DNA of 64,000 nucleotides from Devosia sp. A8/3-2 (GTDB lineage: Bacteria; Pseudomonadota; Alphaproteobacteria; Rhizobiales; Devosiaceae): positions 2,022,156 through 2,086,155 of the forward strand of contig CP104974.1 in assembly GCA_025452255.1 (NCBI GenBank), in the 5' to 3' direction. This document shows positions 1-12,852 of the stretch, piece after piece. Numbering within the stretch: position 1 is the stretch's first letter; each line of letters begins with the position of its first letter. The notes under the pieces are model-generated. The model saw only the letters and a list, made by a program, of their open reading frames with translations, was not told where the DNA came from and ran no database searches. Made by a program: the position numbers and the translations under genes.

Positions 1-372
1 GTCCTTGCCCAATACGGTTTCATAGATCTGCTTGGGCACGACCTGCCGGGAGAGCCCGAACTTGTCCTTGCACCAGCCGCATTGGCTTTCTTCCCCGCCA
101 TCGGCGGTGAGGCGGTTCCAGAAATAATCCACCTCTTCCTGCCCATCGACATTGATCATGAAGGACACCGCTTCGGTGAATTTGAACTGCGGGCCGCCAT
201 TGAGGAGCATGAATTTGTGCCCCTCCAGCTCGATCACCGCCGTGAAGGCGGGGCCATTGGGGTCCTGATGCGTCACCTCGTGCACCTTGGCCGATTTGAA
301 GGTGCTGGTGTAAAATTCGATAGCCTCATCAATGCGGTTATCGAACCACAGGCAGGGCATGATGTCGGTCAT
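1..372 (-). CDS. VOC/PhnB-like family protein (3-demethylubiquinone-9 3-methyltransferase-like glyoxalase fold); the gene runs off the window edge at its 3' end.
   Basis: Minus-strand translation from ATG (complement 370-372) reads MTDIMPCLWFDNRIDEAIEFYTSTFKSAKVHEV...NGGPQFKFTEAVSFMINVDGQEEVDYFWNRL. A GGAGA RBS sits 6 nt upstream. The plus-strand ORF 82..507 is the antisense artefact of this gene. Confidence 0.6.
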   Translation of the reverse strand, partial: MTDIMPCLWFDNRIDEAIEFYTSTFKSAKVHEVTHQDPNGPAFTAVIELEGHKFMLLNGGPQFKFTEAVSFMINVDGQEEVDYFWNRLTADGGEESQCGWCKDKFGLSRQVVPKQIYETVLGKD

Positions 373-574
373 TTGCAGTCTCCTCTCTTGAATAACCATT
401 TTGTTATAAAGCTATTTGGTTATGGCCGTCAACGGGTCCCGTGGCCGGCATGGTTAACAATCCGGCAATGGGCGATCGGCCGGCGTCGCATTTTGCCATC
501 ACGTTAACACCGGTGAGACAATTGTTAGGACGCGGTTAACGAATTGGGGGTAAACCTTAACCAATCAAGCCACT

Positions 575-2255
575 ATGAGGCCATTCATGACCATCAACCT
601 CACCATCCCGGATATTCAGGAACTCAAGCCCCGCATCACCGTGTTCGGTGTTGGCGGTGGTGGCGGCAACGCCGTCAACAACATGATCGAGTCCGGTCTT
701 GATGGCGTGGATTTCGTCGTCGCCAATACCGATGCTCAAGCCCCGGCGCTGTCCAAGGCCCAGCGCATCATCCAGCTCGGCGTCGGTGTTACCGAGGGTC
801 TCGGCGCTGGCTCGCACCCCGAAGTGGGTCGCGCTGCAGCCGAAGAGAGCTGGGACGAGATCAACGATCACCTCTCCGGTTCGCATATGGTGTTCATCAC
901 CTGCGGCATGGGCGGTGGTACGGGTACTGGCGCTGCGCCCGTTGTGGCTCGGGCTGCGCGCGAGCAGGGCATCCTGACCGTTGGTGTGGTCACCAAGCCC
1001 TTCAACTTCGAGGGCAATCGTCGTACGCGTCTGGCCGATGATGGCATTGATGAGCTGCATCGCCATGTCGATACGCTGATCGTTATCCCCAACCAGAACC
1101 TGTTCCGGGTTGCCAACGAGAAGACCACCTTTGCCGACGCTTTCGCGATGGCTGACCAGTGCTGTTCTCCGGCGTTGCCTGCATCACCGATCTGATGGTC
1201 AAGGAAGGCCTGATCAACCTCGATTTCGCCGACGTGCGCGCCGTGATGCGCGGCATGGGCAAGGCGATGATGGGTACGGGCGAGGCATCGGGCGAAGATC
1301 GTGCCCGCCACGCCGCCGAAGCCGCCATTGCCAATCCGCTGCTCGACGATGTGTCGATGCAGGGTGCGCGGGGTCTGCTGATCTCCATTACCGGCGGTCC
1401 GGACCTGACCCTTTATGAAGTCGACGAAGCGGCCAGCCGCATCCGCGAGGAAGTCGATCCCGATTGCAACATCATCCCGGGCGCAACCTTTGATCCGAAC
1501 CTGACCGGCACGATCCGCGTCTCGGTCGTGGCTACGGGCACCGATGCGACCATGGTTCAGGCGTTAGAGCCGGCAAAGCCGCATGCTTCGCGCACTCCGC
1601 TCGAAGTGCGCCGCCATGTGCCGGTTGAGCCAAGCCGCGTCGCTGCTGAACGTGCTGCTGTTGCGACTCCTGCTCCGACCACCAGCCGGGCCATCGAACA
1701 CCGAGTCGAAGCCGCCGTTGCCGAGGCCATCACGTTCGACGCGCCTGCCGCCAATTACGGCCATGAAGATGATGGCGTGTTCGTCGAGCCCTACATCCCG
1801 GCCGCCGACTCGATCCACGATGATGAACCTTCCATGGTGCAGGACGAGCCTGTGCCCAGCGTTTATGTGCCGTCCCACGCCGCTCGCCCCCGATGGTCAG
1901 CGCCGTATGCCGCGCACTGAAGAGCTGCCGGTTGTTGCTCGCCGGACACAGCAGGAGCAGGAACGTCCTGACGCTGAGCCGCGCAATGCCCGCGCGCTGT
2001 TCAAGCGCCCGGCCTCCAATGTCGGCCTCAATCTGGGTCAGTCCCAGCCGGTAGAACGCGACGAACCTGCCTATTCCAACGCCGATGATGCCGCTGCCCG
2101 CAGCGCAGCTGAGGCCGGTCCGGCAAGGACTTCGCGGGTTTCTGCCTCCGGCCGGTGGGGCCCGTGGAAATCTCGATCTGCATGGCCGCCAGCCGACTCC
2201 GGCGCCGCAGAAGGAACACCCGGAAATCCCGGCTTTCCTCCGCAAGCACGGTTAA
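575..2255 (+). CDS. ftsZ: Cell division protein FtsZ, long-linker alphaproteobacterial type, broken by about 3 frameshifts.
   Basis: N-terminal GTPase domain ([27 protein letters not shown]). It continues in another frame after ~1150 ([10 protein letters not shown] | [26 protein letters not shown]). The C-terminal [10 protein letters not shown] lies in a third frame and ends at 2255. At ~1150 the sequence reads gaccagtgctg where gaccagGTGctg is expected, a 1-nt loss. Confidence 0.93.
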
Positions 2256-2367
2256 TGCTCTGCTGACGGATTTGTGAAACGTAGCTCAGTGCGGCTTCCG
2301 CACCGAGTTTTTTTTGGATAATAGAGTAGCCAATCGTCCCGGGGCTTGGGTCGGAGTAACTTCAAGC

Positions 2368-3322
2368 ATGTCAAAGCTAACCACGCGCCAGCGTACCCTT
2401 GCGGCGCCAATCTCGTTCGCGGGCTATGGTGTTCATAGCGCGCAACCCGTCACCCTCACGCTCGGCCCGGCTGCGCCCGATAGCGGTCTTCTGATCTGCC
2501 GCGATATCGGGGAAGGCCGCACGACACCGCCCGTTCCCGTGCATTTCTCGCGCATCTCGCGCACCACCTTGTGCACTACGCTCGATCTGGGCGACAGCAT
2601 GAGCGTCGCTACTATCGAGCATGTCACCTCGGCCCTGTCGGGCATGGGCGTCGACAATGCGCTCATCACGCTCGATGGCGGGGAATGCCCGATTCTGGAT
2701 GGCAGCGCGTCCATTTGCCGATGCCATCCTGCGGGTTGGTATGGAAATTCAGCCGGCGCAGCGCAAATTCCTCAAGATCATGCGTGCCGTCACGGTGCGC
2801 AACAACGACGCATTCGCCGCGCTCGAGCCCTATAACGGCCGCTCGTTCGATCTCGAGATCGATTTCGACTCCAAGGTCATCGGCCGCCAGCGGATGATCT
2901 TCGATTGGACGCCGCGCCGTTATTATGAAGACATTTCGCGCGCCCGCACCTTTGGCTTCGTGCGCGACGCCAAGATTCTGCGCCGAGCCGGCTATGCCCC
3001 GGGCTCCAGCCTCGATAATTCCATCACCCTGCATGAAGACCGCATCCTGAATCCGGGCGGCCTGCGCTACGAAGACGAGTTTGTGCGCCACAAGCTGCTC
3101 GATGCCATCGGCGATCTGTCGCTGGGTGGTCTGCCCATCTGGGGCCGTTTCCGCTCCTATAAAGGCGGTCATGCCCTTAACGCACATGTGTTGACGGGGC
3201 TGTTCTCCAGCGAAGCCAATTATGAAATCGTCAGTGCGGAAGATTTGCCGCTCGAATTCGAGGCTTTCGACGACCAGCCTGATGGGTTAGAGATCAATCA
3301 CTACTTGCGGTCTGTGCGCTGA
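2368..3322 (+). CDS. lpxC: UDP-3-O-acyl-N-acetylglucosamine deacetylase LpxC, frameshifted at ~2710.
   Basis: MSKLTTRQRTLAAPISFAGYGVHSAQPVTLTLGPA...TIEHVTSALSGMGVDNALITLDGGECPILDGSA, then a shift into the frame reading ...HKLLDAIGDLSLGGLPIWGRFRSYKGGHALNAHVL. Confidence 0.9.
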
Positions 3323-3327
3323 CCCCC

Positions 3328-4256
3328 GTGGGTCGGTTGCAGCGCCACAGTTTTGAACCATTTGCTAACTACGCCGCACATAGCGGTTTCCTGATAGAGA
3401 CGGGGCAGTTCGTGACAGTTGATGCTATTGGTGGTTTCACCAGCCGGGCCGCCCGGTTTTTCACGGTTGGCTTTCTGGTCCCGGTGCTCGCCGGCTGTTC
3501 GGGCTTGAACCTGTTTGGGCCGCCCAAAGCCAAGGAAGAGCCGATCATTCCGGCCGAGGCGCTGTACCAGCAGGCGCTCGATAATATGGATCAGCAGCGC
3601 TACGTCACGGCCATCGGGCATCTCGAAAAGCTCGAGCGCCAGCACCCCACGTCCGCCCTGAGCGAAAAAGCCAAGCTGATGGTGGTCTACGCGAACTACC
3701 GAATCGGTCGGTTCTCGGAAGCCATTCTGGCCGCCGATCGCTTCCTCGCCATCTATCCGAACGGCAAGGACGTGGCCTATGTGCTCTATCTCAAGGGCAA
3801 TTCCTATTTCGGCCAGATCAAGGACATTACCCGCGACCAGCAATTGTCGCGTGACGCCATCGATACCTACAACCTGATCATTTCGAACTATCCCAAGTCC
3901 GAATATGCCCGAGACGCCAAGGAAAAGCTGCTGGTTGCCTTTGACCAGCTCGCTGGCAAGGAAATGTCGGTTGGCCGCTATTATCTGGGCAATGGCCAAT
4001 ATCTGGCCGGCATCAACCGCTTCCGTACGGTTGTCGAGCAGTACCAGACTTCGACTCACATCGAAGAGGCGCTGTATCGCCTGACCGAGGGCTATCTGCT
4101 GCTCGGCACGGTCAACGAAGCCAAGACTGCTGCCGCCGTGCTGGGCCACAATTATCCGTCCAGCACTGGTATCAGGAAGCCTTCGCATTGCTGGGCAAGC
4201 AGGGCTCGGCCCCTGAGATGAATACTGGCAGCTGGATGGCCGCTGTCCGCCGCTGA
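3328..4256 (+). CDS. bamD: Outer membrane protein assembly factor BamD (YfiO, TPR lipoprotein). The true start is probably internal, near the LAGCSG lipobox, and there is a C-terminal frameshift at ~4165.
   Basis: Lipobox VLAGCSG, TPR-like body (ALYQQALDNMDQQRYVTAIGHLEKLERQHPTS...YYLGNGQYLAGINRF). The tail NYPSS|WYQEAFALLGKQG... reads in a shifted frame to the stop at 4254-4256. Confidence 0.85.
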
Positions 4257-4264
4257 CAATAAAT

Positions 4265-4279
4265 GTTGCTATTTTGTTC
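4265..4279 (+). promoter_or_regulatory. Putative alphaproteobacterial LexA (SOS) box GTTG-N7-GTTC upstream of recN.
   Basis: GTTGctattttGTTC sits about 195 nt upstream of the recN start. The alphaproteobacterial SOS consensus is GTTC-N7-GTTC (equivalently GAAC-N7-GAAC), so this has one mismatch. recN is a canonical SOS gene. Confidence 0.5.
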
Positions 4280-4473
4280 CAAGGCGCGCTAGCTTGCTGG
4301 CGCGCCTTCGGCTATTGTAGTTGCCGGGCAAAAGTCAGAAGTAGATGCCATCCTGAGCTTGTCGAAGGACAGGGTCGTGTTACTAGAGTCCGTGGTTCGA
4401 CGGGCACACCATGAGGTCTATTGGTGAAACTGTTGCCGCTCGATGTTCTGGCGTCTTAGGGACTAGTCCGCGC

Positions 4474-6142
4474 ATGCTGAACGCGCTTTCGGTTCGCAAC
4501 ATCGTCCTGATCGATCAGCTCGATCTCGCGCTGGATGCCGGTATGACCGTGCTGACGGGTGAGACCGGCGCCGGTAAATCCATTCTGCTCGATTCGTTGA
4601 CGCTGGCCTTGGGCGGGCGGGGCGACGCTTCGCTGGTGCGCACCGGCTGCGACAGTGGGCAGGTGGTGGCCGTGCTGCAATTGGCGCAGGATCATCCCGC
4701 CCGCGCCGCTCTGCGCGACAATGCCATTCCCGACGATGAAGACATCATCCTGCGCCGCGTGCAGTTTGCCGATGGCCGCACCCGGGCCTTCATCAATGAC
4801 CAGCCGGTGTCTGCGGCGCTGCTGCAGCGCGTGGGCAGCCAGATTGTTGAAATCCACGGCCAGCATGACGATCGCGCCCCGGTCGATGTCGCGACCCACC
4901 GCGCCGCCCTCGACGCCTTTGGCGAGCTGGAAAAGCCCGTAGCCGCCGTCCGCGATGCCCGGCAGGCGCTGACCGAGGCCCGGGAAGCTGTTGCCGAGCA
5001 GAAGGCTTTGGTCGCCGAAGCGCTGGCGGCCGAGGAATATGCCCGCCACACCGTCGATGAATTGGGCAAGCTCAAGCTGGTGGCTGGCGAAGAAAATGAA
5101 TTGGCGGACCGTCGCCAGCAATTGCAACAGGCCGAGAAATCGGCTGCCGACGTCACCGAGACCGATGAAATCCTCAATGGTCCATCGGCCCCCGCACCGG
5201 CGCTTGCGGCTCTGATGCGGCGCCTCTTGCGCAAGATCGATAGTGGCGGCACTCAGTTCCAGCCTATTGTCGACGCGCTCGACCAATCCCTGATCGCCTT
5301 GGACCGCACCAGCGATGCGCTCGAAGAGCTCAAGCGTGAAATGGCCTATGATCCGGACGAGCTGGAATCCGTCGAGGAACGCCTGTTCTCCCTGCGCCGC
5401 CGCACGCAAGCATCAGACCACGCCCGAAGGGCTGATCGAGGTTCTGACCAAATATACGGCCGATCTCGAAACCCTGCAGAATGGCGAAACCAAGCTGGCG
5501 GCGCTGACAGCAGCCGAAGCCAAGGCGATGGAGATCTATCGCAAGGCCGCCGAAACGCTCAGTGCCGGCCGCGCCAAGGCTGCCATCGCGCTCGGCAAGG
5601 CAGTGGGCGCCGAATTGCCCGATCTCAAGCTGGGTGCGGCCAAATTCATCGTCGATCATCAGGTCGACAGACACCGCATCGCCGCCGCCGGCTTTGATCA
5701 GATCGCCTTCCATGTGCAGACCAATCCCGGCACTGCCGCCGGCCCCTTGCTCAAGGTGGCCTCGGGCGGTGAGCTCAGCCGGTTCCTGCTGGCCCTCAAG
5801 GTCGTGCTGGCCGATCGCGGCTCGGCCCCGGTGCTGATCTTTGACGAAATCGATACCGGTGTCGGTGGCGCCGTTGCTGACGCCATCGGTCGCCGCTTGG
5901 CACGCCTCGCCGGCAAGGTGCAAGTGCTTGCCGTCACCCACGCCCCCGGGTCGCCGCCCGTGCCCAGCGCCATCTGCTGATCGAGAAGCAGGCCGTGGAG
6001 GAGGGCGCTTTCGTGCGCACCCATGTCAAGCCGCCTCGACATCACCGCTCGCAAGGAAGAAGTCGCCCGCATGCTGGCCGGCGCCAGCATCACCGACGAA
6101 GCCCGCGCTGCGGCCAGCAAGCTGTTGAGTGAAGTTCACTGA
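4474..6142 (+). CDS. recN: DNA repair protein RecN, with about 2 frameshifts (~5400 and ~5950).
   Basis: MLNALSVRNIVLIDQLDLALDAGMTVLTGETGAGKSILLDSL (Walker A), a coiled-coil middle, a C-terminal SMC signature region (LLKVASGGELSRFLLALKVVLADRGSAPVLIFDEIDTGVGGAVA), and a tail in a third frame ending ...LLSEVH*. Confidence 0.9.
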
Positions 6143-8514
<2,372 letters not shown>

Positions 8515-8529
8515 GTCCGCGAGGGAGGA

Positions 8530-9809
8530 TTGATGAAGCAGTTCCTGGTGCTGGCCGCCTTGGCCGGCCTTGCCGTGCCGGCCATGGCAAGCGAAGCGGG
8601 TGATCTGGCGCGCGAGCAGCTTTATGCCGGCAATGCCGCTCAAGCCATTCCCGCCACCAGTGAGGATTGCGACGACGGCAACCGAGAAGCCTGCTTTGCC
8701 CCGGGCCTGCTAACCCCGGTCAGCGCCTATGAGGGCTTCGCGCAGGATCTCTACCGCTATGGCGCCACCGTGCCCGGCACGACGGCCGCCGGCATGCTGT
8801 TCGGCCCGGGCACGCAGCAGGAACTGGCCCCCGCCAATCCAGATCCCGAGCCGCTGACTTATCTCGGCCTGCGCACCGTGCTCGAGGATTTCCTCCTCGA
8901 TCTCGACGCAGCCCGCGCAGCCTTCGAAAAGGGTGGGGAATCGGGCGATTATGTCCTCACCATCGACCCGCTCAAGGTGCGGGTGGATTTCAATGGCGAC
9001 GGCAAGGCTGACGCGGATGAAACGCTGGCGCTGTTGCTGACGATGGTGGGCATTTTCACCGAAATTCCCATTCCCCGATCTGCCGCCGCCCGGCCATAAG
9101 GCCAAGACACCGGCCACGTTACCCGACACCAGCATCGGCTTTGACCGCGCGGATTCCATATGGTTCGCCGGCTATAGCCGGTGGCTGCCGCGCCGATCGA
9201 TCTGATCTCGGCGCATGATTTTTCCGATTTCTTCAATGCCTATCTGCACCGAGTTTTCCCCAAATCCGGCCTGCCAATGCAGGATTACGGCAGCGGCGGT
9301 GTGCTGTTCCTCGATGGCAATAGCGATGCCGGCATTGCCGACATGATCGCGGCTATCCACACGATGAATTTCCCGGTGCTCGACACCGCCCGCCTTGCCG
9401 GCGTGCTGACCCGCCTTAAGTCGATCACCGCACTCTCGCGCCAGAACTGGGACGCCATTCTGGCCGAGACCGACGACAATCGTGAATTGGTGCCGTCGCC
9501 AACCCAGACCTCACTGGTGCCGGAGGCTCCGGTCACCCAGAAACGGTCGATGCCCGGATGGCAACGCTCGACACCGTCGATGAGGTGCTCGACGGCAAGC
9601 TGTTGGTGCCCCATTGGCGCTTCAAGCAGGGCTTTGATCTCAAGGCCTATTTTGAAACCGCCACGCGGACCGATATCGTCATGCTGATGACCGGCTCGGG
9701 CGCCCTGCCTTATCTCAAGGATGGGCCCATTGCCGATGGCCGCAGCTTTGCCGAGGCCAATCGTGTCTTTGGCACCAATTGGCTCAATTACGCCTTCTGG
9801 TTCAACTGA
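8530..9809 (+). CDS. Secreted or periplasmic hypothetical protein of about 425 aa, with at least 3 frameshifts (~9075, ~9180, ~9555). No recognisable domain.
   Basis: Signal peptide MMKQFLVLAALAGLAVPAMASEA. Three ORF pieces (8530..9099, 9181..9687, 9558..9809) join in staggered frames with continuous sense, for example IPIPDLPPPGHKAKTPATLPDTSIGFDRADSIWFAGYSRW. Confidence 0.55.
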
Positions 9810-9828
9810 GCCTGATCGGAGAATAACG

Positions 9829-10295
9829 ATGCGCCTTCTCCCCCGGCCGCAAGCCTGTTCCTTGCCCTGACAAGCTCGGCAACCGCCCAGACCTATGACA
9901 CGCCGCAAGCTCTGCTCGAGGCCTTTTACGAGCCTTACACCTCGGGCGAATTCTACGATGACGAGAGCCCGTTCCGCTCCGCCGCCCTGCAGGCGCTCTA
10001 TGATGCCGATGCGGATTCCACCCCAGCAGGCGAAATGGGCGCACTGAGCTTTGATCCCTATATCGACGGGCAGGATTACGAGCTGACCGACTTCGTCATC
10101 GGTGAGCCACAGATCGATGGCAACACTGCCCCGGTCGACGTCGATTTCCGCAATTTCGGCGAAGCACGCCACCTGACCTATGATCTGGTCTTCGAAGACG
10201 GCGGCTGGCGGATCGACGACGTGGTTTCCACCAATCCGGAAAACCAATACCGCCTGAGCGAAATCTTTGCCGACGCCGCCAGCATTGCCAACTAG
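9829..10295 (+). CDS. Small secreted protein of about 155 aa, resembling DUF3828/YbjP-like lipoproteins; frameshift inside the signal peptide.
   Basis: A GGAGA RBS precedes the ATG at 9829. MRLLP..AASLFLALTSSATAQTYDTPQALLEAFYEPYTSGEFYDD... reads through after a 1-nt shift in the ccccc run at ~9845, and ends ...YRLSEIFADAASIAN*. Confidence 0.55.
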
Positions 10296-10329
10296 CACCA
10301 GAGAGCGGTCCGCAACATCCAGCGCTGGA

Positions 10330-10545
10330 TGGCCTTCAGCATGGATTCCGGCCTGCGCCGGAATGACACCGTGGTTGATTGAAGGGTCAGTTCCAAGTTG
10401 GAGGTCAGCGAGCCTCGATCTGCCTTTCCCGAGAGAGAAGCGCCCAATCCCTCCTCCCCACCGCATCTCCCTCGGGTTCGACCCGAGGGCCGCTCGCCGC
10501 AACCACGTGCCCCGTCAGGCCCTCGGGTCAAACTTGAGGGAGGCT
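10330..10545. repeat. Cluster of dispersed intergenic repeats.
   Basis: It contains ccggcctgcgccGGAATGACACCGTGG, whose 15-mer is also found at 43775-43789. It also contains the palindrome CCCTCGGGttcgaCCCGAGGG at 10469-10489, a near copy of the one at 34825-34844, plus a ccctcgggtcaaacttgaggg variant. The reverse translation HGVIPAQAGIH is the typical spurious-ORF signature of this repeat family. Confidence 0.65.
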
Positions 10546-10547
10546 CC

Positions 10548-12371
10548 TCAAATCCCCGCCGTCGCCGCCTTCAGCCAATCCTTCACCGCTCCAGTCACCA
10601 CCGGCCCAATCTGCGACCAAACCCGCTGGTGGTAAGCGTTGAGCCAATCCCGCTCACCCGCGGTCAGCATCTCCACATCAATCAGCCGCCGATCAATCGG
10701 CGCCAGCGTCAGCGTCTCGAACTCCGAGAATCCCGGCGCCTTAGCACTCTCCACCACCACGATCAGGTTTTCGATGCGGATGCCGTATTCTCCGGTCTTG
10801 TAATAGCCCGGCTCGTTGGACAGCACATTCCCCACTTCAAGCGGCAGCGTATAGCGCAGCGAAATCCCGATGGGGCCTTCATGCACGCCCAGATACGCGC
10901 CCACGCCGTGTCCCGTGCCGTGATTATACGTCACCCCATCCTGCCACAGGAATTGCCGCGCCAGCACATCGAGTTGGGCGCCCGACGTGCCCTTGGGGAA
11001 GCGCGCCATGGAAATGGCGATCATGCCCTTCAGGACGCGGGTAAAGCGGTCGCGCTGCTCGTCCGTGGCCGCGCCACTCGCCATGGTGCGGGTAATGTCC
11101 GTCGTGCCCGACAGATATTGCGCGCCGCTATCGACCAACATCAGTTCGCCGGGCTTGAGCTGCCGGTCGGTCTTGTCGGTCACCCGGTAATGCACGATCG
11201 CGCCATTGCCGCCCGCGCCCGAAATGGTGTCGAAGCTGGCATCCACGCAGGTCTCGTCCTCGCGGCGGAAGGCTTCGAGTGCCGTGACGATGCCGATTTC
11301 GGTCAGCTTGCCCGACGGCGCCTTGTCGTCGAACCGAGCGAGGAACTTGGCCAAAGCCGCGCCATCCAGCTTGTGCGCCTCGCGCATCCCGGCCAGTTCG
11401 GCCTCGTTCTTGCGCGATTTGGGCAGCAGTACCGGATCGCGCTTTTCGATCAGGGCCGCGCCTGCGCTCTTGAGCGTCGCGGCAATGGCTTCGGGCGCCG
11501 TTGCCGGATCGATCAGTACGGATTTCTTGTCCTTGCCCAGCTTGGCCAGCGCCGCGGGCAGGTTCTTGCTGCTGACCACCTTGGCCACGCCATCGAGCGC
11601 CTTGCTCAGTTCCGGCGTGATCTTGGCCGGATCAAGATAAAGCGTTGGCTCTCCCTTGCGCGGCACCACTGCAAAGCCCAGCACAAAGGGTGTGTTGGGC
11701 ACATCGCGCCCGCGAATGTTGAACAGCCAGCAGATCGATTCCGGCAGCGTCAGCACGGCTGCGTCGGCGCCGTCATGGACCGAGCGCGCCTGGATATCGG
11801 CAATCTTGTCCGGCGCCGTCTTGCCGGCACGGTTATGCCCCAGCACTTCGATCGGGCTGACCGGCGCGCCGGGCCGGTCCTTCCAGATCGCGTCGATCAG
11901 GTTGGGGCCGGGCATCAGCTTGGCGCGCTTGCCCAGCTTGGCCTGCAGGTCGCGAATTTCGCCCGGCGTATGCAGCCGGGGATCGTAGCGAATGGTGCCG
12001 CCCTTGGGCACATAGTCGCCGATCTCGACCGGCAGCCCGCCCTGCATCACTTCATGCACGCTCACCTTGGCCGTGTCGGTCTGCGCCGGCGCCTGCAATG
12101 TATAGCGACTATCGATGAACAGCCCGGCCTTCTTTTTCCCCACCATGGCGATGCCAGCCGAGCCGGTGAAGCCGGTGAGATAGGCCAGCCGCGCTTCGCT
12201 GGCCGGCACCGATTCTGCCACGATGGGCATCGGCGCGTGGCACCGGGAACCCATCGACCCCCGCCTTGGCCATAGCCGCCCGCAGCGCCTTGAGGCGGGG
12301 CGCGACATTTTGGGGTCGGCCTTTTCCTCAAAGCTCTGGAAGATGGCTGGCGGAAAAGTCTGGTCTGTCAT
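10548..12371 (-). CDS. pepP: Xaa-Pro aminopeptidase (aminopeptidase P, M24B family), frameshifted near the N-terminus (~12250-12330).
   Basis: M24 signature HGTGHGVGAYLGVHEGP, the Creatinase_N region and the C-terminal ...NEPGYYKTGEYGIRIENLIVV. The MTDQTFPPAIFQSFEEK start is at complement 12369-12371. Confidence 0.88.
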   Translation of the reverse strand: MTDQTFPPAIFQSFEEKADPKMSRPASRRCGRLWPRRGSMGSRCHAPMPIVAESVPASEARLAYLTGFTGSAGIAMVGKKKAGLFIDSRYTLQAPAQTDTAKVSVHEVMQGGLPVEIGDYVPKGGTIRYDPRLHTPGEIRDLQAKLGKRAKLMPGPNLIDAIWKDRPGAPVSPIEVLGHNRAGKTAPDKIADIQARSVHDGADAAVLTLPESICWLFNIRGRDVPNTPFVLGFAVVPRKGEPTLYLDPAKITPELSKALDGVAKVVSSKNLPAALAKLGKDKKSVLIDPATAPEAIAATLKSAGAALIEKRDPVLLPKSRKNEAELAGMREAHKLDGAALAKFLARFDDKAPSGKLTEIGIVTALEAFRREDETCVDASFDTISGAGGNGAIVHYRVTDKTDRQLKPGELMLVDSGAQYLSGTTDITRTMASGAATDEQRDRFTRVLKGMIAISMARFPKGTSGAQLDVLARQFLWQDGVTYNHGTGHGVGAYLGVHEGPIGISLRYTLPLEVGNVLSNEPGYYKTGEYGIRIENLIVVVESAKAPGFSEFETLTLAPIDRRLIDVEMLTAGERDWLNAYHQRVWSQIGPVVTGAVKDWLKAATAGI

Positions 12372-12575
12372 GGCGTCGTTCCTGTTCGGCTCGTGCGATA
12401 CCTTAACGACAGGTTGGCGCGCTGCGAAGTCTGAACGGCAAATTAACGTGCCGGTAACGGGGCTTGCGAAACTGACATGGCTGGCTTGCCGTTTGCCCCC
12501 TAACCAAAGCATGGGGGAGGGACTAGATAAGCTCCTGTCGACGGCAATAGATCGCCGACATGCATGGAGACTGAA

Positions 12576-12707
12576 ATGACCGAAAGCAAAAACGATTTCC
12601 GCAAGGCACTGGGAGCCGTTATCGACGCCCGTGGCCGCGAGTCGAGCCGTCAGGTCAGCTATCGCATGCAGCACCAGCTGATCGGCGCATTCACCAAGCG
12701 CCCGTAA
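12576..12707 (+). CDS. Standalone small ORF of 43 aa, basic, with a strong RBS and its own terminator.
   Basis: GGAGA 6 nt upstream of ATG 12576. Product MTESKNDFRKALGAVIDARGRESSRQVSYRMQHQLIGAFTKRP*. A downstream hairpin ccccggaCGCGAGttcgggg followed by attttgctttt lies at ~12738-12768. Confidence 0.4.
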   Translation: MTESKNDFRKALGAVIDARGRESSRQVSYRMQHQLIGAFTKRP

Positions 12708-12852
12708 GGCCGCTGCAGTTTACTGCTGACGATCTGATCGATCCCCGGACGCGAGTTCGGGGATTTTGCTTTTCTGGTGCACCTAAACGGGCCAATGCTG
12801 CTCTCGATGCTAACAGTCTGCTAGCATCAGCAGGTGCGATGCGGTGACTGTG

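Noticed and set aside
4380-4405. GGTTCGAC T-loop-like motif upstream of recN (and inside the 10469 palindrome), which might be a tRNA.
   Set aside because: No complementary T-stem, acceptor stem or anticodon arm could be built. It is probably chance or repeat-derived.
9285-10502. 405-aa minus-strand ORF containing HGVIPAQAGIH.
   Set aside because: Antisense to the secreted-protein genes. Its 5' part is the reverse translation of the GGAATGACACCGTGG intergenic repeat.
10398-12275. 625-aa plus-strand ORF.
   Set aside because: Entirely antisense to pepP, with Arg/Pro/Gly-rich low-complexity translation typical of high-GC antisense frames, and no RBS.
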